From Neoconidiobolus thromboides FSU 785 (Eukaryota; Fungi; Entomophthoromycota): 64,000 bases of DNA. Where the stretch lies: assembly GCA_025603075.1 (NCBI GenBank), contig MU626347.1, positions 1-64,000 on the forward strand, written 5' to 3'. Under the pieces are notes generated by a model. It did not search any database. It saw only the letters and a program-made list of their open reading frames with translations, and was not told the origin of the DNA. A program made the position numbers and the translations under genes. Below are positions 1 to 12,619 of this stretch, piece by piece. Each line of letters starts with the position of its first letter. Positions within the stretch are counted from its first letter, which is position 1.

Positions 1-865
1 GAATCCTGAGTAGGAGCTAAAGGAATGACTCCATGGGTAGATACTCTGCCAACAGTAGGCTTAAATCCAAAGGCAGCTGATAATGAAGATGGAGCAATTA
101 TAGAACCATCTGTTTCAGAACCAATCGCCACTACTGCCAAATTACTAGCAATACCAACTGCTGATCCTGTACTGCTACCAGAAGCAGTAGCACTTAATAC
201 ATAAGCATTATGAGTTTGACCACCTCTACCACTCCAACCAGCAAGATCAACAAAATCACGGAAGCTAATAGAAATTGTTAAATTCTTATAGAATAACTAC
301 TAATGAATTATATTACTTAGCGAATTCAGATAAATTGGCTTTAGCTAGAAGATTCAAATTGAGATTTATAATTACTAGAAATGAATTGAATTGATTTACC
401 TAAAATAATCGCTCCAGCTTCACGTAAGTTCTTTATCAATTCAGCTTCTTCTTTAACTTTAGTCCCTAACAAAGCATTTGCCCCTGCTGTTGTATTCATT
501 CCATTAACTGCTATATTATCTTTAATTAATACAGGTATGCCTAACAATGGATATTTATTGAAATTAAATGATTGGATGCTTTCTGCTTCTTTAATAGCAA
601 TTGGATTAGTTTCAATGATTGCATTTAAATGTGGATTCAAGGCTTGAATTCTATTAAGATAACATTCAATTAATTGAGATGGTAATAGTTTTTTCGATTG
701 ATAAAGTTTATGAGCTTTACTGATAGTAAGTTCATAAATATCTTGATTGTGACATAAACGAGTATTAAGATCTAGTTGGTAGATATTCGAAGCAATGGAC
801 TTGTCTTGTGCAATTAGGGTAGAAACCCAAAACATTAATGAATATGAAAAGTAAGATTTTAACAT
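1..865 (-). CDS. Secreted amidase-signature family protein (peptide amidase Pam-like), copy A; 3' part lies outside the window
   Basis: N-terminal signal-like peptide; GIPVLIKDNI (catalytic Lys); introns at 345-399 and 265-316; spliced product continues ANLSEFANFRD..GWSGRGGQTHNAY..SGSSTGS..IGSETDGSI..GFKPTVG. Confidence 0.9.
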
Positions 866-1560
866 TGATGAATAATGAGGTTTATAAAAAAATATTTTTT
901 TAAGTGTTTATAATTTCTGATCATTTCCATTTTATACTTTTTATTTCAAAATCATTTAAGAAAAATTCATACTAATTAAGGGGCTTTAATTCTTCAAAAA
1001 ACAATGATTGGCTTGAAATTAGGATTTTATTAATTTTAAGCCTATTTATTTAATTGATAATCATACAAGACTATTTCGAAGTAATACATATCCCTTTTGA
1101 GCAACAAAATTAGGTTAAGGATACACAGTTGCACAGTTAGTTTTTTTTTGTATGAATAATAGCCTATTTTTAAACATAAAAACTGTTTCTTGTTGTAACC
1201 AATAACTTTGTTACCCTTTTCGCTCAAAAAAAAGAGGTTACTTTAAAAACAATTTTATAATTACAACACCGCTAATTTAGTATCATATTTCTTCTGTTTG
1301 GTATTTGGAAAGGAATAGTAATATTAAAATATATGGTTTTATTATTGATTTTGAATCCAAAAGTTCAAATAAAGTATAGTTAATTAAAACTTCGCTAATA
1401 TAAAATTACGATTCTTAGAATTTTTTATTAAATTGTCAATTATATTATGTGAAATTTAGCTTATTTATGCATTAGAAATATTATTAAGAAATTATAGATA
1501 GATCTTATTTTTTTTGATTATTTAGGTTTAACCCGAAATACTAAAAGTATTAAAGTATAA

Positions 1561-1661
1561 TGGCAATGTATTTTTACATTTAAGAATTTTACTAACAATT
1601 TTTCCACTCAAATAGCGCTTAAAAGATAGAAAAAGTGATGAAGTCAAAAAAAACATCCTCA
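1561..1661 (+). mobile_element. ~100-bp MITE-like TIR element, copy 1
   Basis: Core TTAAGAATTTTACTAACAATTTTTCCACTCAAATAGCGCTTAAAAGATAGAAAAAGT; decayed TIRs TGGCAATGT / ACATCCTCA. Confidence 0.85.
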
Positions 1662-1784
1662 ATAGTATATTTTTTTATAAATTCTAGAAGCCTCAAAAGC
1701 TTCAAGTATTTATTTTTAAAGTAAAAAAGAGACTTTATAATAATTAAATCCAAATAATACTTTACATCTAAGTGATCTATTTTA

Positions 1785-3588
1785 TTAATTTTTTTTAGCC
1801 AAATCAATACTTGTACAACAAGAAATAAACTTTGGGGTGGCCCTTTTCACATCCAAAATACTAGATAGCAACTTAGCTACTCTTAACAACGTCACATCCT
1901 TTTCTGCTGTAGTATACAAACTCATCCCAAACGGGATCTTTTCCTTATTAACATCCAACGGAATTGTAATAATTGGATAACCAGCCACAGCAGCAGGAGA
2001 AAAAGCACCTAAATTAAAATCAGATGGGACTAATAATACATCTAATTTATTTTCTAGTAAAATAGTATCAATGGCATCTTTAGCTGCTTTTACATTTTCT
2101 TGTTTAGCTTGAATATAATTCGGATCATTTAAATTGCTTGTAGTTTCCGCTTGTAATAATAAACCTTGTTTATAAAGATTTAGTTCAGTGGAATTGTTTT
2201 TATTGTTATATTCTATAATTTTGCTTAAGTTTAAAGACTCTCCAGTTACTGAATTGGATAAGTACTCATTTATATAATGTTTAAATTCATAACTTATCAT
2301 TGTAAATTCTATATTGAAAAACTATTAGTCACACTGTTGACTATAATAATAATACTATAACCTACCTTTAATTGGATCAATTTTAGAAGCATCAATAGTT
2401 AAATTATCAACTATCTTTAATTGCTTGTCCCCCTTTAATTTATTGATTGTAGTATTTAATGTAGTAATTTGATCACGAATGGCTTCACTATCAAAATAAG
2501 GGTTTCTTAAAATACCGATAGTAAATTCACCTTCCTAACAATAAATTAAAAATTAATACATAAAGCCATTATTAATTCATATTTATTTATTACCTTAGTA
2601 TCAGATGTACCATTATCAATTAGCTTTGAAATTTGTTCATTATCCTTTTCAAACATAACTGAAGATACAGTAATTAAATCCTCCATATTTCTAGTAATAG
2701 GACCAGGCTAAGAAAGAGGAAAATTAAATGTTAACTCAAGGATAAAAGTTCAATAATCGAGTCCTTACCGAATCCTGAGTAGGTGATAAAGGAATAATAC
2801 CCTTAGTGGACACTCTACCAACAGTAGGCTTAAATCCAAAGGTAGCAGCTAAGGAGGCGGGGCAAATTAAAGAACCATCAGTTTCAGTACCAATACTAAT
2901 AATAGCTAAATTGCTGGCGATACCAACAGCGGGTCCAGAGCTACTACCAGAAGCAGTAGCACTTAAAACATATGCATTACGGGTTTGTCCACCTCGACCA
3001 CTCCAGCCAGAGACATCGGTAAAATCACGGAAACTAAAGTACCTAGGTTAGTTTTGATTCTTTGATAAATTGAAATTGACTTCAAAAAACTCACCCAGCA
3101 AATTCAGATAGGTTGGCTTTAGCCAAAATGATAGCACCAGCTTGTCGTAATTTCTTAACCAACTTTGCTTCATCTTTAGGTCTCGTTGCTAATAAAACAT
3201 TGGAACCAGCAGTTGTATTCATACCATTAACCGCTATATTATCTTTAATTAAAATTGGTATCCCTAATAATGGAAATTTATTAAGATCAAACGATTTAAT
3301 ATCTTTTGCTTCTTGAATAGCGGATGGATTGGTTTCTATAATAGCATTTAAATATGGATTTAAAATTGAAATTCTTTGTAAATAACATTCAACTAATTGG
3401 GAAGGAGAAAGTTTATTGGTTTGATACAGATTATGAGCTTTCCTGATGGTAAGTTCATAAATGTCTTGTCCATGGCATAAACGAGTGTTGATGTCGAGTT
3501 GGGAAACATCCGTCTGGGTTGAGTTAGTCTGAGCAGTGAGCGAAGAGCTCAATAAAAGCAAAAAATACAAAGATAAAGCTTTTAACAT
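1785..3588 (-). CDS. Secreted amidase-signature family protein (Pam-like), copy B, multi-exon
   Basis: Paralog of copy A: signal peptide, GIPILIKDNI, SGSSSGP, GTETDGSL, GFKPTVG, QDS|PGPITRN (intron 2708-2768), C-terminal PAAVAGYPIITIP. Confidence 0.92.
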
Positions 3589-4804
3589 AATAGTCTTTAA
3601 AGAAATTTCTTTATAGTTTTATATTTGCATTTTGATTCCTTTTATACTTGTTTCTTTAATCAATATTAAGATAATTGGTCTTAGCTCTGGGCTCTTTTAA
3701 TCCTTAAATTGAATATAATTGATTACTATTTTTACAACAATTTAGTACTAAATCTTATTCTTGATTTGACTTTTAATCTACTTTTTTACTATGACTAATT
3801 TCAAGCACTCATTATTTAATCTTATTTTTTTTCTTTTGATACTTGGGAATACAGTAGACTCGGATGATGTTTGGGACGTTTAACTTTAATTTTAACAATT
3901 CACTATACTATTCATCCACATGGATGGTTTGATTTAAAGAAAGCTATCACTCTAAAAAACTTAGATAAAGTTGATAGAGAATATTTAGAGAATATCAATG
4001 GAAATCATTTAAAGAACATTGCTACATAATATTTGAAGAACACTAATATGTAATATGCAAGGGTTATCAATTTATTATATTTGGAGAATATCGTTCTAGC
4101 TTATTTTGAAAAGTTTAAAGATTTAAGAATACTTGGCTAACTTAAAGTTTAGTTACATTCATAAGAAAATTCTTTATATCAGAGGGTTTCTCCTTATGGC
4201 TATACTAAGACTTGAGCCTAAGTCTATGGAGAGGAGAAATAATTACAGCTCAATTACTTTAAGACTCAACTACTGGACTTGATAGTTCAAAAATTAAAGC
4301 ATCTTTGGATTAGATTTGAATATACCTTTGCTTCTTGAAACTAGTTTAATGTATCAATATTTTTGATAATAAGGATTGAGCCCATTATTCATCAAAAGTG
4401 AATACGATATTCACAAAGTTTATTTCATGATTCAACTGATTAGTATTCATAATTTTACTGGAAGTTTGTTTAAAATTAGTTTCTAGTAATCATAGTTTTA
4501 TATACCTGTTGTAGCTCTTCTGAGAGCTAATTAGTGGTAGCTTTTATACATAAACTATTTATCTATCCGATTTTTTAAGACTTGATCCTTATATAGATGG
4601 ACTGGGATTTATGTGAAACTCTGGAAAACAATTGCTACACCAACAATAAAAGTCCAACGAACTTGAAAATAGGTATAAATAGTTATGCTGGATTGTAAAA
4701 TAGATTTATATAAAGCAATGAATTTATACCCAAATTCCAAAATTAGTACTACCCGAAGTTGAATCAATGGTCAAAATATATTATTAGAAAATTAAAATAA
4801 GACA

Positions 4805-4905
4805 TAGGGGTGTTTTTTTTGGCTTTATTACTTTTTCTATCTTTTAAGTGCCATTTGAGCGGAAAAATTATTAGTAAAATTCTTAAACACAAAAATACAT
4901 CCACA
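4805..4905 (-). mobile_element. ~100-bp MITE-like element, copy 2 (reverse)
   Basis: TAGGGGTGTTTT...GGAAAAATTATTAGTAAAATTCTTAAACACAAAAATACATCCACA. Confidence 0.85.
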
Positions 4906-6477
4906 TATTTAATCTAAGGTAGGCCCGATTCTAATGACTATTACAAAAAAATTTATAGTTGTAGCAGGAGAGCAGTAGTAAATTAATAAAAGAGCTTAAA
5001 TAAACTTACCTAAACTTTATTATATTATATTATATTATCATGTCTTAGAACAATTATAATATAAAATACAAAAATAAAAATAAAAATAAAAGTAAAAATA
5101 AAAATCAGTTTAAGATTTGGTAACATTCCAATGAGAAAATACATAAAGCATTTTACTTTATACTGTGAAATACTACTTCATCAGGTCATAATTGATTATA
5201 GTATAATAATCACTTAATTTATTCATAAAATTAGCTGCAGTTATATAATCGATTTGATCACAATTTATGTAATATAGCTAATTCAGAGTTTTTTATTTTA
5301 ATTTGTTATGAGAGCTTTACCGCTTAATTCCAAAAGACATTATTTTTGCGATCTATATCTAGCAGTTATAATAATAAGATATTATTATATTTTATATATA
5401 CAGTCACCGATTAAAATGGAACTTTTTTAATATAATAATTTAGAGCTTTTTAATTAATCATTCCCTGTTATCATACTTTTAATAAGACTAATAAGTTTTA
5501 TATCATTTTGCATAAATTTTATAACACCTTTTGTTTTATTTGTTTTATATAATTCATAGCTTATTATGTGTTATTTTTATTAATTTAAGTCTATTTTATA
5601 TAAACTAAGATTTTTTGCTTTATAGCCAGTTAAGCAAAAACCTTTAGCTTTGATTATTAAATATTGACTTTCATATTAAATCTTTTTTATATTTTTTTAT
5701 TAAACAACACTACTTATTATAAGTTTAGCTTTAATTTATAACTTTATAATTTCGACTTGATTTTAATGTGAATTTAATTGATATAGTGTAAAAATAATTT
5801 GAAATTTATCATCAATTTTTTAAAAAAATATAGTTTATAAAATAGCATCAACATTCTTACAATATAGTTTTAAACTAATATAAATTAACATAAATCAACA
5901 TAAAATTATTATAACAAAATTATTGCTTTTACTGCCTTAATAGTTTATTTCAAATATTTTTAAATTATGGTAAGTTTGTCAATAAAACTATACAAAGAAA
6001 TGCTACAACTTATCTCCTATTAAATTTTATTAGTAAAATTTTGTGGACTTTTAATAACCCTTAAAAAAACCTAGTTTGGTGAAATTGCTTTTTGCAATTA
6101 CATCTCATTTAAACAAAATGGGTTGAAATTATTACATTTTAAATTAAGGTTGGAATCATGAAGACGATTAATTAATTGACTTGGCTTAAGTTTAAGCTAA
6201 AATATATGATGTCACGGGTCTAATAAACATCAAAAATGATTTCAAGTATAAAAAAATAATTTGCCCAGAATCCATCATGAATATCTCTATACAATTTTTC
6301 ACGTTTCGATATCTATTCTTTATTTACTTTAATTTCAAGATGTTAAATAAATCACAGAATACCCGTGTCTTCATACGTTTCCTTATATTTTGGCAAATAC
6401 AGTATAGTAAGGGTGTAGACGCTAGTAGTAATTCTACTATCAATAAATTTTTCTAAACATAAAATTGGATATTTATA

Positions 6478-6577
6478 TGAGGATGAATTCCTTTGCTTAA
6501 GAATTTTACTAACAATCTCTCCGCTCAAACAGCGCTCAAAAAAGGAAAAAGTAGTAAAACCAATAAAAACATCCCCA
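6478..6577 (+). mobile_element. ~100-bp MITE-like element, copy 3
   Basis: TA-TGAGGATG...TTAAGAATTTTACTAACAAT...ACATCCCCA-TA. Confidence 0.85.
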
Positions 6578-7174
6578 TATCTTGTACCAAATTTAACTTA
6601 TTGGCCTCTATTGTTTTTGAGTTCAAAGTAAAAATTTAAATGCTTAACTCAAAGTTTAATAAACTTTATTAGCATGAAATACTTTTTATCTTTAGTTAAA
6701 AAGTGACTCTGCTATTGTAATTGATAGCTTGTGTATTTTATTTAATAAGTAAAAGTAAAAACAAAAACCTATTGAAATTATTTTATTAATCCAACTTACT
6801 CCATGTTAATTTTATAATCGCTTTAAACCCAATAGTTTCAAAAATAAATAAATGATTCGAACATAAAATAAGACAAATGAAGATATAATAATGACGCTAT
6901 AAAAAGCTTAATAGAAAATTCTATCTATACATCGAGTTATCATACTTTAGAAATAAAAATTATTAAATCAATTATAAATAAGTCCAAATTGCAAAGCTAA
7001 AATGTTAAATTGAAATTGGAAATGCAGTTTTTAAATTTCATTCTTCCATGAATCTGATTGGACAAACTAAAGCTAACGCCACTCACTATCATTATCAGAA
7101 CAAAAAAAGTCTTTAGGTTTACAATCTAATTTCTTTTTTAACTTTCAATTATCAAAGAAACACCCCTACTTTGA

Positions 7175-10100
7175 ATGATGACAATAAATCACCAACAAAT
7201 TGAACTTATATTAAAACACCAAAAAAAAGAAAGTTTAAGTAACCGTATAGCAATTTACAAATTATTAAAAAAAGAAGAATGTTTATCATATGATGTTGCA
7301 AAAAGGCTCAATATCATTACTGAGTTAACCAATAATAGTAGAAATATAATTGGGATTGAGAGAGATATAACTTCATTTATGGTGGGAACAATGAGATGTT
7401 TAATAAAGGAGAAAAGTGATGAAGATGAATTGTACGATATCGGATTATTGTTTTTTAGTAATTTAATTAGGTTTAATTTTTCGAATTTAAACGACAAAGA
7501 TATTTCAAAGATACTTGAACTGTTATACGATATTGTTGTGAGCGAAAAAGGCGAGTCAAATCTAGAAGAAAGTATATTAAATATTCTAGATATTATTTTA
7601 AGGTATGGGTTTATACCTGACCCTTGTTTAGAAATGTATTTAAGAATTATTGGGAGCTTATACTTTAGTAAAAAGGATGATGAAAAGATATTGAATATAT
7701 TCAAAAATTTATTTAAGAGTCATTATGCTTATAAGACCTTTGATATTCTTTGTGAATTTATTTGTAATTTTAATAATGGACTAAAAGATACGATTAAGAC
7801 TGGTTTAGCTTCAATCGATATCATTAGTCATCTATTCTACTCTTCCGAACCTTACAAATTGACCACTTTTAACTTACATAATAGTACCGTATTTAAAGCA
7901 TTTATCGAAGCTTCTTCAAAAAAGGATAGGAATGTATTGTGGAGCATTATGAGTACACTTGTATCTATTTTTAACTATCAGTTTAATGAGCTTGGGTACT
8001 TGGAGTGGGATATGATATTAGATATACTCTATAATGTCCAGGAAGAAATTGAAATAATCAATAATAAAACAGGAGGTCAAGAGGAAATATTCGAGGATGA
8101 AACCAGACTGTGCAAAGTTTATAATCATTTTTTAAGTTCCATTTTTAAACTACTAGAAAATGACAAATATTTTGGAGATTATCATCGAACAACTAATTTA
8201 CTTCGTAAAAACATATCGGAAAGGGTAACTGAATTTAACTTAAAAGTATTAGCTTATTTTAACGACCGGAATTTTTATTTACCTTGTACATCAACTTGGA
8301 TGGAGGATTTGAGTAAATTACTAGTCATTTATATAAATAGTAAGGATTATGAATATAAAAAAATATTATTGGATATTATTATAAATACGTATCATTGTTG
8401 TAAGGAATTTCATACCAATTTAATAGTGGAAAAATTCATCTTTCCTTTAATTCAAAATATTCATGCTTCTGAGGACCCAAAGCTTCTTTTTGAGATATTC
8501 AAGTTGTGTCTTGATGCTATATTAGATAATGATTTTGATGGCCATATATATCTGTTCAATTTACTTGTAACTATTATTAATCCGGAGATCATAAACATGG
8601 AAGGAGATATTCAAGAGTATGCAGCTACTAGCCATTTAGGAACCCAAGGAGATTTAAAATCAATTCCAGCTACAATATCATTAAGTTATATATATTTGTT
8701 AAGTTTAAAACATCATAATGACAAAAATATTCGGTATTTATTTCAAACATGTTTAAGAGTATTAGCAGTGGTTAATTGTACCACTTCAAAATTGATCTTA
8801 ATTAATGTATTGTCTGGATTAAGAGCAGATTCTAATCTAAACTTGTGCTATAGTGATGAATTTCCAGAGCAAAGTTGTATTGAACACTTATTTGAGCATT
8901 TTATTTTTAAACGGGAATTAACTAATGAAATTACAAATTGTATATTCCTTCCATTTCAAAATCAAAAGGATGATATCAATGATTTTAAATTTGATTGTAT
9001 AAAATTGAATTTTGAACTGAAATTGTTTAATGAAGCAAGTAGTATAAAGCTAAAAGAATCTAACCCATTATGCGATAATGAACCTTTAGAAGGATATATT
9101 CCAATGAAATTATATTTAAACTTATTGAATGAAATGTTAGAAGTAGAAGTAGAATGGAGAGTATTTTGTTTAGCATTAAAAAGATTATCGGACCAATTAT
9201 CAAATCAACCATTATTTATAGGATGTCATTTAGAAATTAATAAATTACGACAAAATTTATGTAATTGGATTACCAGTAATAAGTTAGCAGAAAGTATACG
9301 TGAATTACCAGATCATTATAAACGTGGGGATCTTTATGTCATGGCTTATAAATTATTAAACAGTCTAATCTCCTATAAAAGTCATTTTAGTAAATCAGAA
9401 AGAGATGAAATTATATTAGCTTATCAAGTCGGGCTTAGAAAATGGACTCAAACTTGTCGATTATGTATTCACTCTTTAACAATTTGTTGTTACGAGCTAC
9501 CTTTATCAATGACTAAACTTCTCCCTAGTATGTTGATTAAGCTTTCTCAAATCATGTCCACAGCTACTATTTCTGCCCATATCTTGGAATTTTTAGTTTG
9601 TTTAGCTAGACGACCTAATTTATATGCTAATTTTGTAGATGATGATTTCAAAAGAGTGTTTGGTATTGCACTACAATACATACAATATAATAGTAACAAC
9701 AAATCAAACACCAACAACAATAATAAAGAAATTAAAAGCCTGCCAACAAGTCCTAGCTCAAGGGCGCCAATGCCAATACAAAATAATGAAGAAGCCCATA
9801 TGAAATACGTTTTAGTTTTAGCATATCAAGTAATTTCAATTTGGTTTGTCAATCTTCGATTAAGTGATCGTAGTAAATTTATACCATTTATAGTAAGAGG
9901 ATTGTACAAAGCAAACCTTCAAAGAGGTAAATCCGACGAGATAACAGATAGTTGTTTAGATATGTTAGCGTCCTATTGTTTTTCAAATTTCAGTGAATTT
10001 AATGATCCATTAATTGATAAATTATTTCGAAATTGTGCGAATTTAAACAAGAAACATTACGTTTTAAATGATATGCTTATTGTTGTTGAAGGTAGTAAAG

Positions 10101-11200
10101 AATTACCTTGGATAAGAATAATTGTCCGAAGAGCATCAAGTTATATGGTTTGGTTATGTGAATTTAAAAATGAGTGGTTTAATAATGATGAGTTAAAAGG
10201 AGATGTACTGAATAATTTGATGCAGAAATTTGGATTTAATGAACAAAAATTTTTTAATCAAACTATATTAAATGCGGAGAATGAAATTACCAAACAAGTT
10301 ACCAGGAATGCTTCAAGTCTACCTATAAGCAATAAAGAGTATGGTCAAGATCAAAATGGGTATAAATCAAGTGAAATACTAATTAATAGGGGTATATTAA
10401 TAGGTACTAATAATAATATTAATTATTTTGATCCTGGATTTTTGTATTTGGGTTTTAGTAATAAATCAGAAAGAATTGTTGATGGATTGGTATTAAATGA
10501 TTCAACAGCTGTATCAAGATCTATTGGAGTATTAGATCGAATGCCAATTGTTGATTTTCATAAGATAGGGGTACTTTATGTGGGACCAAATCAAACGAAT
10601 GAAGTCGATATATTATCTAATGAAACAGGATGTATGGAATATAAAGAATTCATTAAAGAATTAGGAGATATTGTATTATTAAAAGGAAATCAAGGACAGT
10701 ACTTAGGAGGTTTAGATACTGAAATGAATTTTGATGGGTATTATACATTGGTATGGAACTCAATTTTATCAAAAGTGGTATTTCATATAGCCACTTTAAT
10801 GCCCACTCAATTGGATAAAGACCCAAAATGTTCATTTAAAAAACGACATATTGGTAATGATTATGTAACAATTGTATTTAATAATTCAGGTAAAGAATAC
10901 CAATTTGATACACTACCAGGCCAATTTAATTTAATCAATTTAATTCTTACCCCATTAAATAAGTTTTGTAACCAGCCTCAATATTTTAAAATTCAAGCTC
11001 AAGTAAGGCAAGATTTACCTGTATTATCACCTGTATTTGAAGCAAAAATTGTATCACATGATAAAGCTGCATTGCTTATACGTCAGTTGGCTCTTAATGC
11101 TTCTATATTTGCCCAATTGTTTTTAAAGGGTGGAGACTATTTAACTAATTATATGATACGATTGGCACAGTTAAGATTATTAAAAGATAGGTTGAAATAA
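7175..11200 (+). CDS. TSC2: Tuberin (TSC2), Rheb GAP; single 1341-aa ORF
   Basis: C-terminal Rap-GAP domain motifs DFHKIGVLYVG, FHIATLMP, KKRHIGNDYVTIVFN; tuberin-domain motif SAHILEFL..LAR.PNLYANF. Confidence 0.93.
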   Translation: MMTINHQQIELILKHQKKESLSNRIAIYKLLKKEECLSYDVAKRLNIITELTNNSRNIIGIERDITSFMVGTMRCLIKEKSDEDELYDIGLLFFSNLIRFNFSNLNDKDISKILELLYDIVVSEKGESNLEESILNILDIILRYGFIPDPCLEMYLRIIGSLYFSKKDDEKILNIFKNLFKSHYAYKTFDILCEFICNFNNGLKDTIKTGLASIDIISHLFYSSEPYKLTTFNLHNSTVFKAFIEASSKKDRNVLWSIMSTLVSIFNYQFNELGYLEWDMILDILYNVQEEIEIINNKTGGQEEIFEDETRLCKVYNHFLSSIFKLLENDKYFGDYHRTTNLLRKNISERVTEFNLKVLAYFNDRNFYLPCTSTWMEDLSKLLVIYINSKDYEYKKILLDIIINTYHCCKEFHTNLIVEKFIFPLIQNIHASEDPKLLFEIFKLCLDAILDNDFDGHIYLFNLLVTIINPEIINMEGDIQEYAATSHLGTQGDLKSIPATISLSYIYLLSLKHHNDKNIRYLFQTCLRVLAVVNCTTSKLILINVLSGLRADSNLNLCYSDEFPEQSCIEHLFEHFIFKRELTNEITNCIFLPFQNQKDDINDFKFDCIKLNFELKLFNEASSIKLKESNPLCDNEPLEGYIPMKLYLNLLNEMLEVEVEWRVFCLALKRLSDQLSNQPLFIGCHLEINKLRQNLCNWITSNKLAESIRELPDHYKRGDLYVMAYKLLNSLISYKSHFSKSERDEIILAYQVGLRKWTQTCRLCIHSLTICCYELPLSMTKLLPSMLIKLSQIMSTATISAHILEFLVCLARRPNLYANFVDDDFKRVFGIALQYIQYNSNNKSNTNNNNKEIKSLPTSPSSRAPMPIQNNEEAHMKYVLVLAYQVISIWFVNLRLSDRSKFIPFIVRGLYKANLQRGKSDEITDSCLDMLASYCFSNFSEFNDPLIDKLFRNCANLNKKHYVLNDMLIVVEGSKELPWIRIIVRRASSYMVWLCEFKNEWFNNDELKGDVLNNLMQKFGFNEQKFFNQTILNAENEITKQVTRNASSLPISNKEYGQDQNGYKSSEILINRGILIGTNNNINYFDPGFLYLGFSNKSERIVDGLVLNDSTAVSRSIGVLDRMPIVDFHKIGVLYVGPNQTNEVDILSNETGCMEYKEFIKELGDIVLLKGNQGQYLGGLDTEMNFDGYYTLVWNSILSKVVFHIATLMPTQLDKDPKCSFKKRHIGNDYVTIVFNNSGKEYQFDTLPGQFNLINLILTPLNKFCNQPQYFKIQAQVRQDLPVLSPVFEAKIVSHDKAALLIRQLALNASIFAQLFLKGGDYLTNYMIRLAQLRLLKDRLK

Positions 11201-12619
11201 GTGAAGTTATATATTGTTAAGTTTCAAGGGTTTTAAATTAGTTGTAAAAAAAAGTTATTATTAATCAAATGATAATAACAATGTTAAGATTTAATAAAAT
11301 CGAATTATGCTGTACTACCTTTATCATAATTTAATTTAATATTTTATGCAGTAAATCATTTAAATTGGTATTATAACTAAATATTTATAATTTACAATTC
11401 CAGATATACTTGTAGTGTTAGCTTATCTATAGAAATTAGTAATGTTATTAGATTATTAAGTTAGCTCTAGTTTAACTTGATTCATTTTTACTAACCTTAT
11501 TTTTAGCATGATTAAATTTATTGTTTATTATAACAATTTTTATACTTTATTTTGAATCATTTAATAAGTCAATATTAAATTAAAACCAGAACATAAATTT
11601 AATAAAGATTGAATAAAAGATAAAAAAAGACGTTGGAATATTTACAACTATATTCACTTTAAATAAACATAAATAAACGATATTAAATTTTTATTTATTT
11701 ACAAAAAAATAAACAATTTAGAAAATATATTTTTAACTTATTTTAACTGTTAATATTAAATTATATGATTTTGATTATAATAAAAAAGCAAATTTGATAG
11801 AATTTAATAAATTCAAAACATAAAATTAATTTTAATTTCAAATATTATTAAAATAAATCATTCTGTTTCATTAATATGTTACTTCAATATTTCACATATC
11901 CCCTTTTTTAATTAATTAAAATTTACCCCAACTAATATATTAAAAAGTTTAAATTTAGATAATAGAAACCATAATTACTAAAATAACTTTTAAAATTTTA
12001 AAATTCATGTTGATATTTTATCCCTGTTATTCTTAATTTTATTTATGTCATTTTTTATTTATAAATTTTTTACATAAATTAACTAAATATAGCTCATTTA
12101 CACATGTATCAAACAAGAAATCAACTAATTTTAATTTCAATTTCATTGATTTTTTATAAATGTTAAATGAAATTACTAATTTAATTACTAATCCCTCCCT
12201 ATCTTTACTATCTTTTCTATCCTCTCTTTATTGATTTTGATTTTCTTTGAATTTTTTTTTACTTGCTGTTATCTTTTATCATCAACTTATTACAACCGTT
12301 TAACTTTCGGTTGTCATTGCAGAATTTGATGCAAGGATTATTCATATCAGTCAATTGATTGGCTAAGTAGCATAAATTTGCCAATTACCCAAGTTTAATT
12401 GCACAATGATCCACCAATGGTGCGCTTATCTCCATTAAGAATATTTTTTATTATTATTCTGTTAAAAAAACTCCATTGATACTAAATTTTGTTTGTTTTA
12501 ATTTTTTAATTTTCAACCTTTTTTATATATTTTACCAATCCTTCTATTTATATTTATTGTTATTATTACTATTCAACTCACTTAAAGATACTTCTTTCAA
12601 TTTATACATAAAAAGTGAT

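Noticed and set aside
3791-4800. Possible pseudogene of a secreted protein (starts MTNFKHSLFNLIFFLLILGNTVDS)
   Set aside because: I counted about 22 stops in 300 codons in the best frame, close to random expectation at this AT content, and found no recognisable motif.
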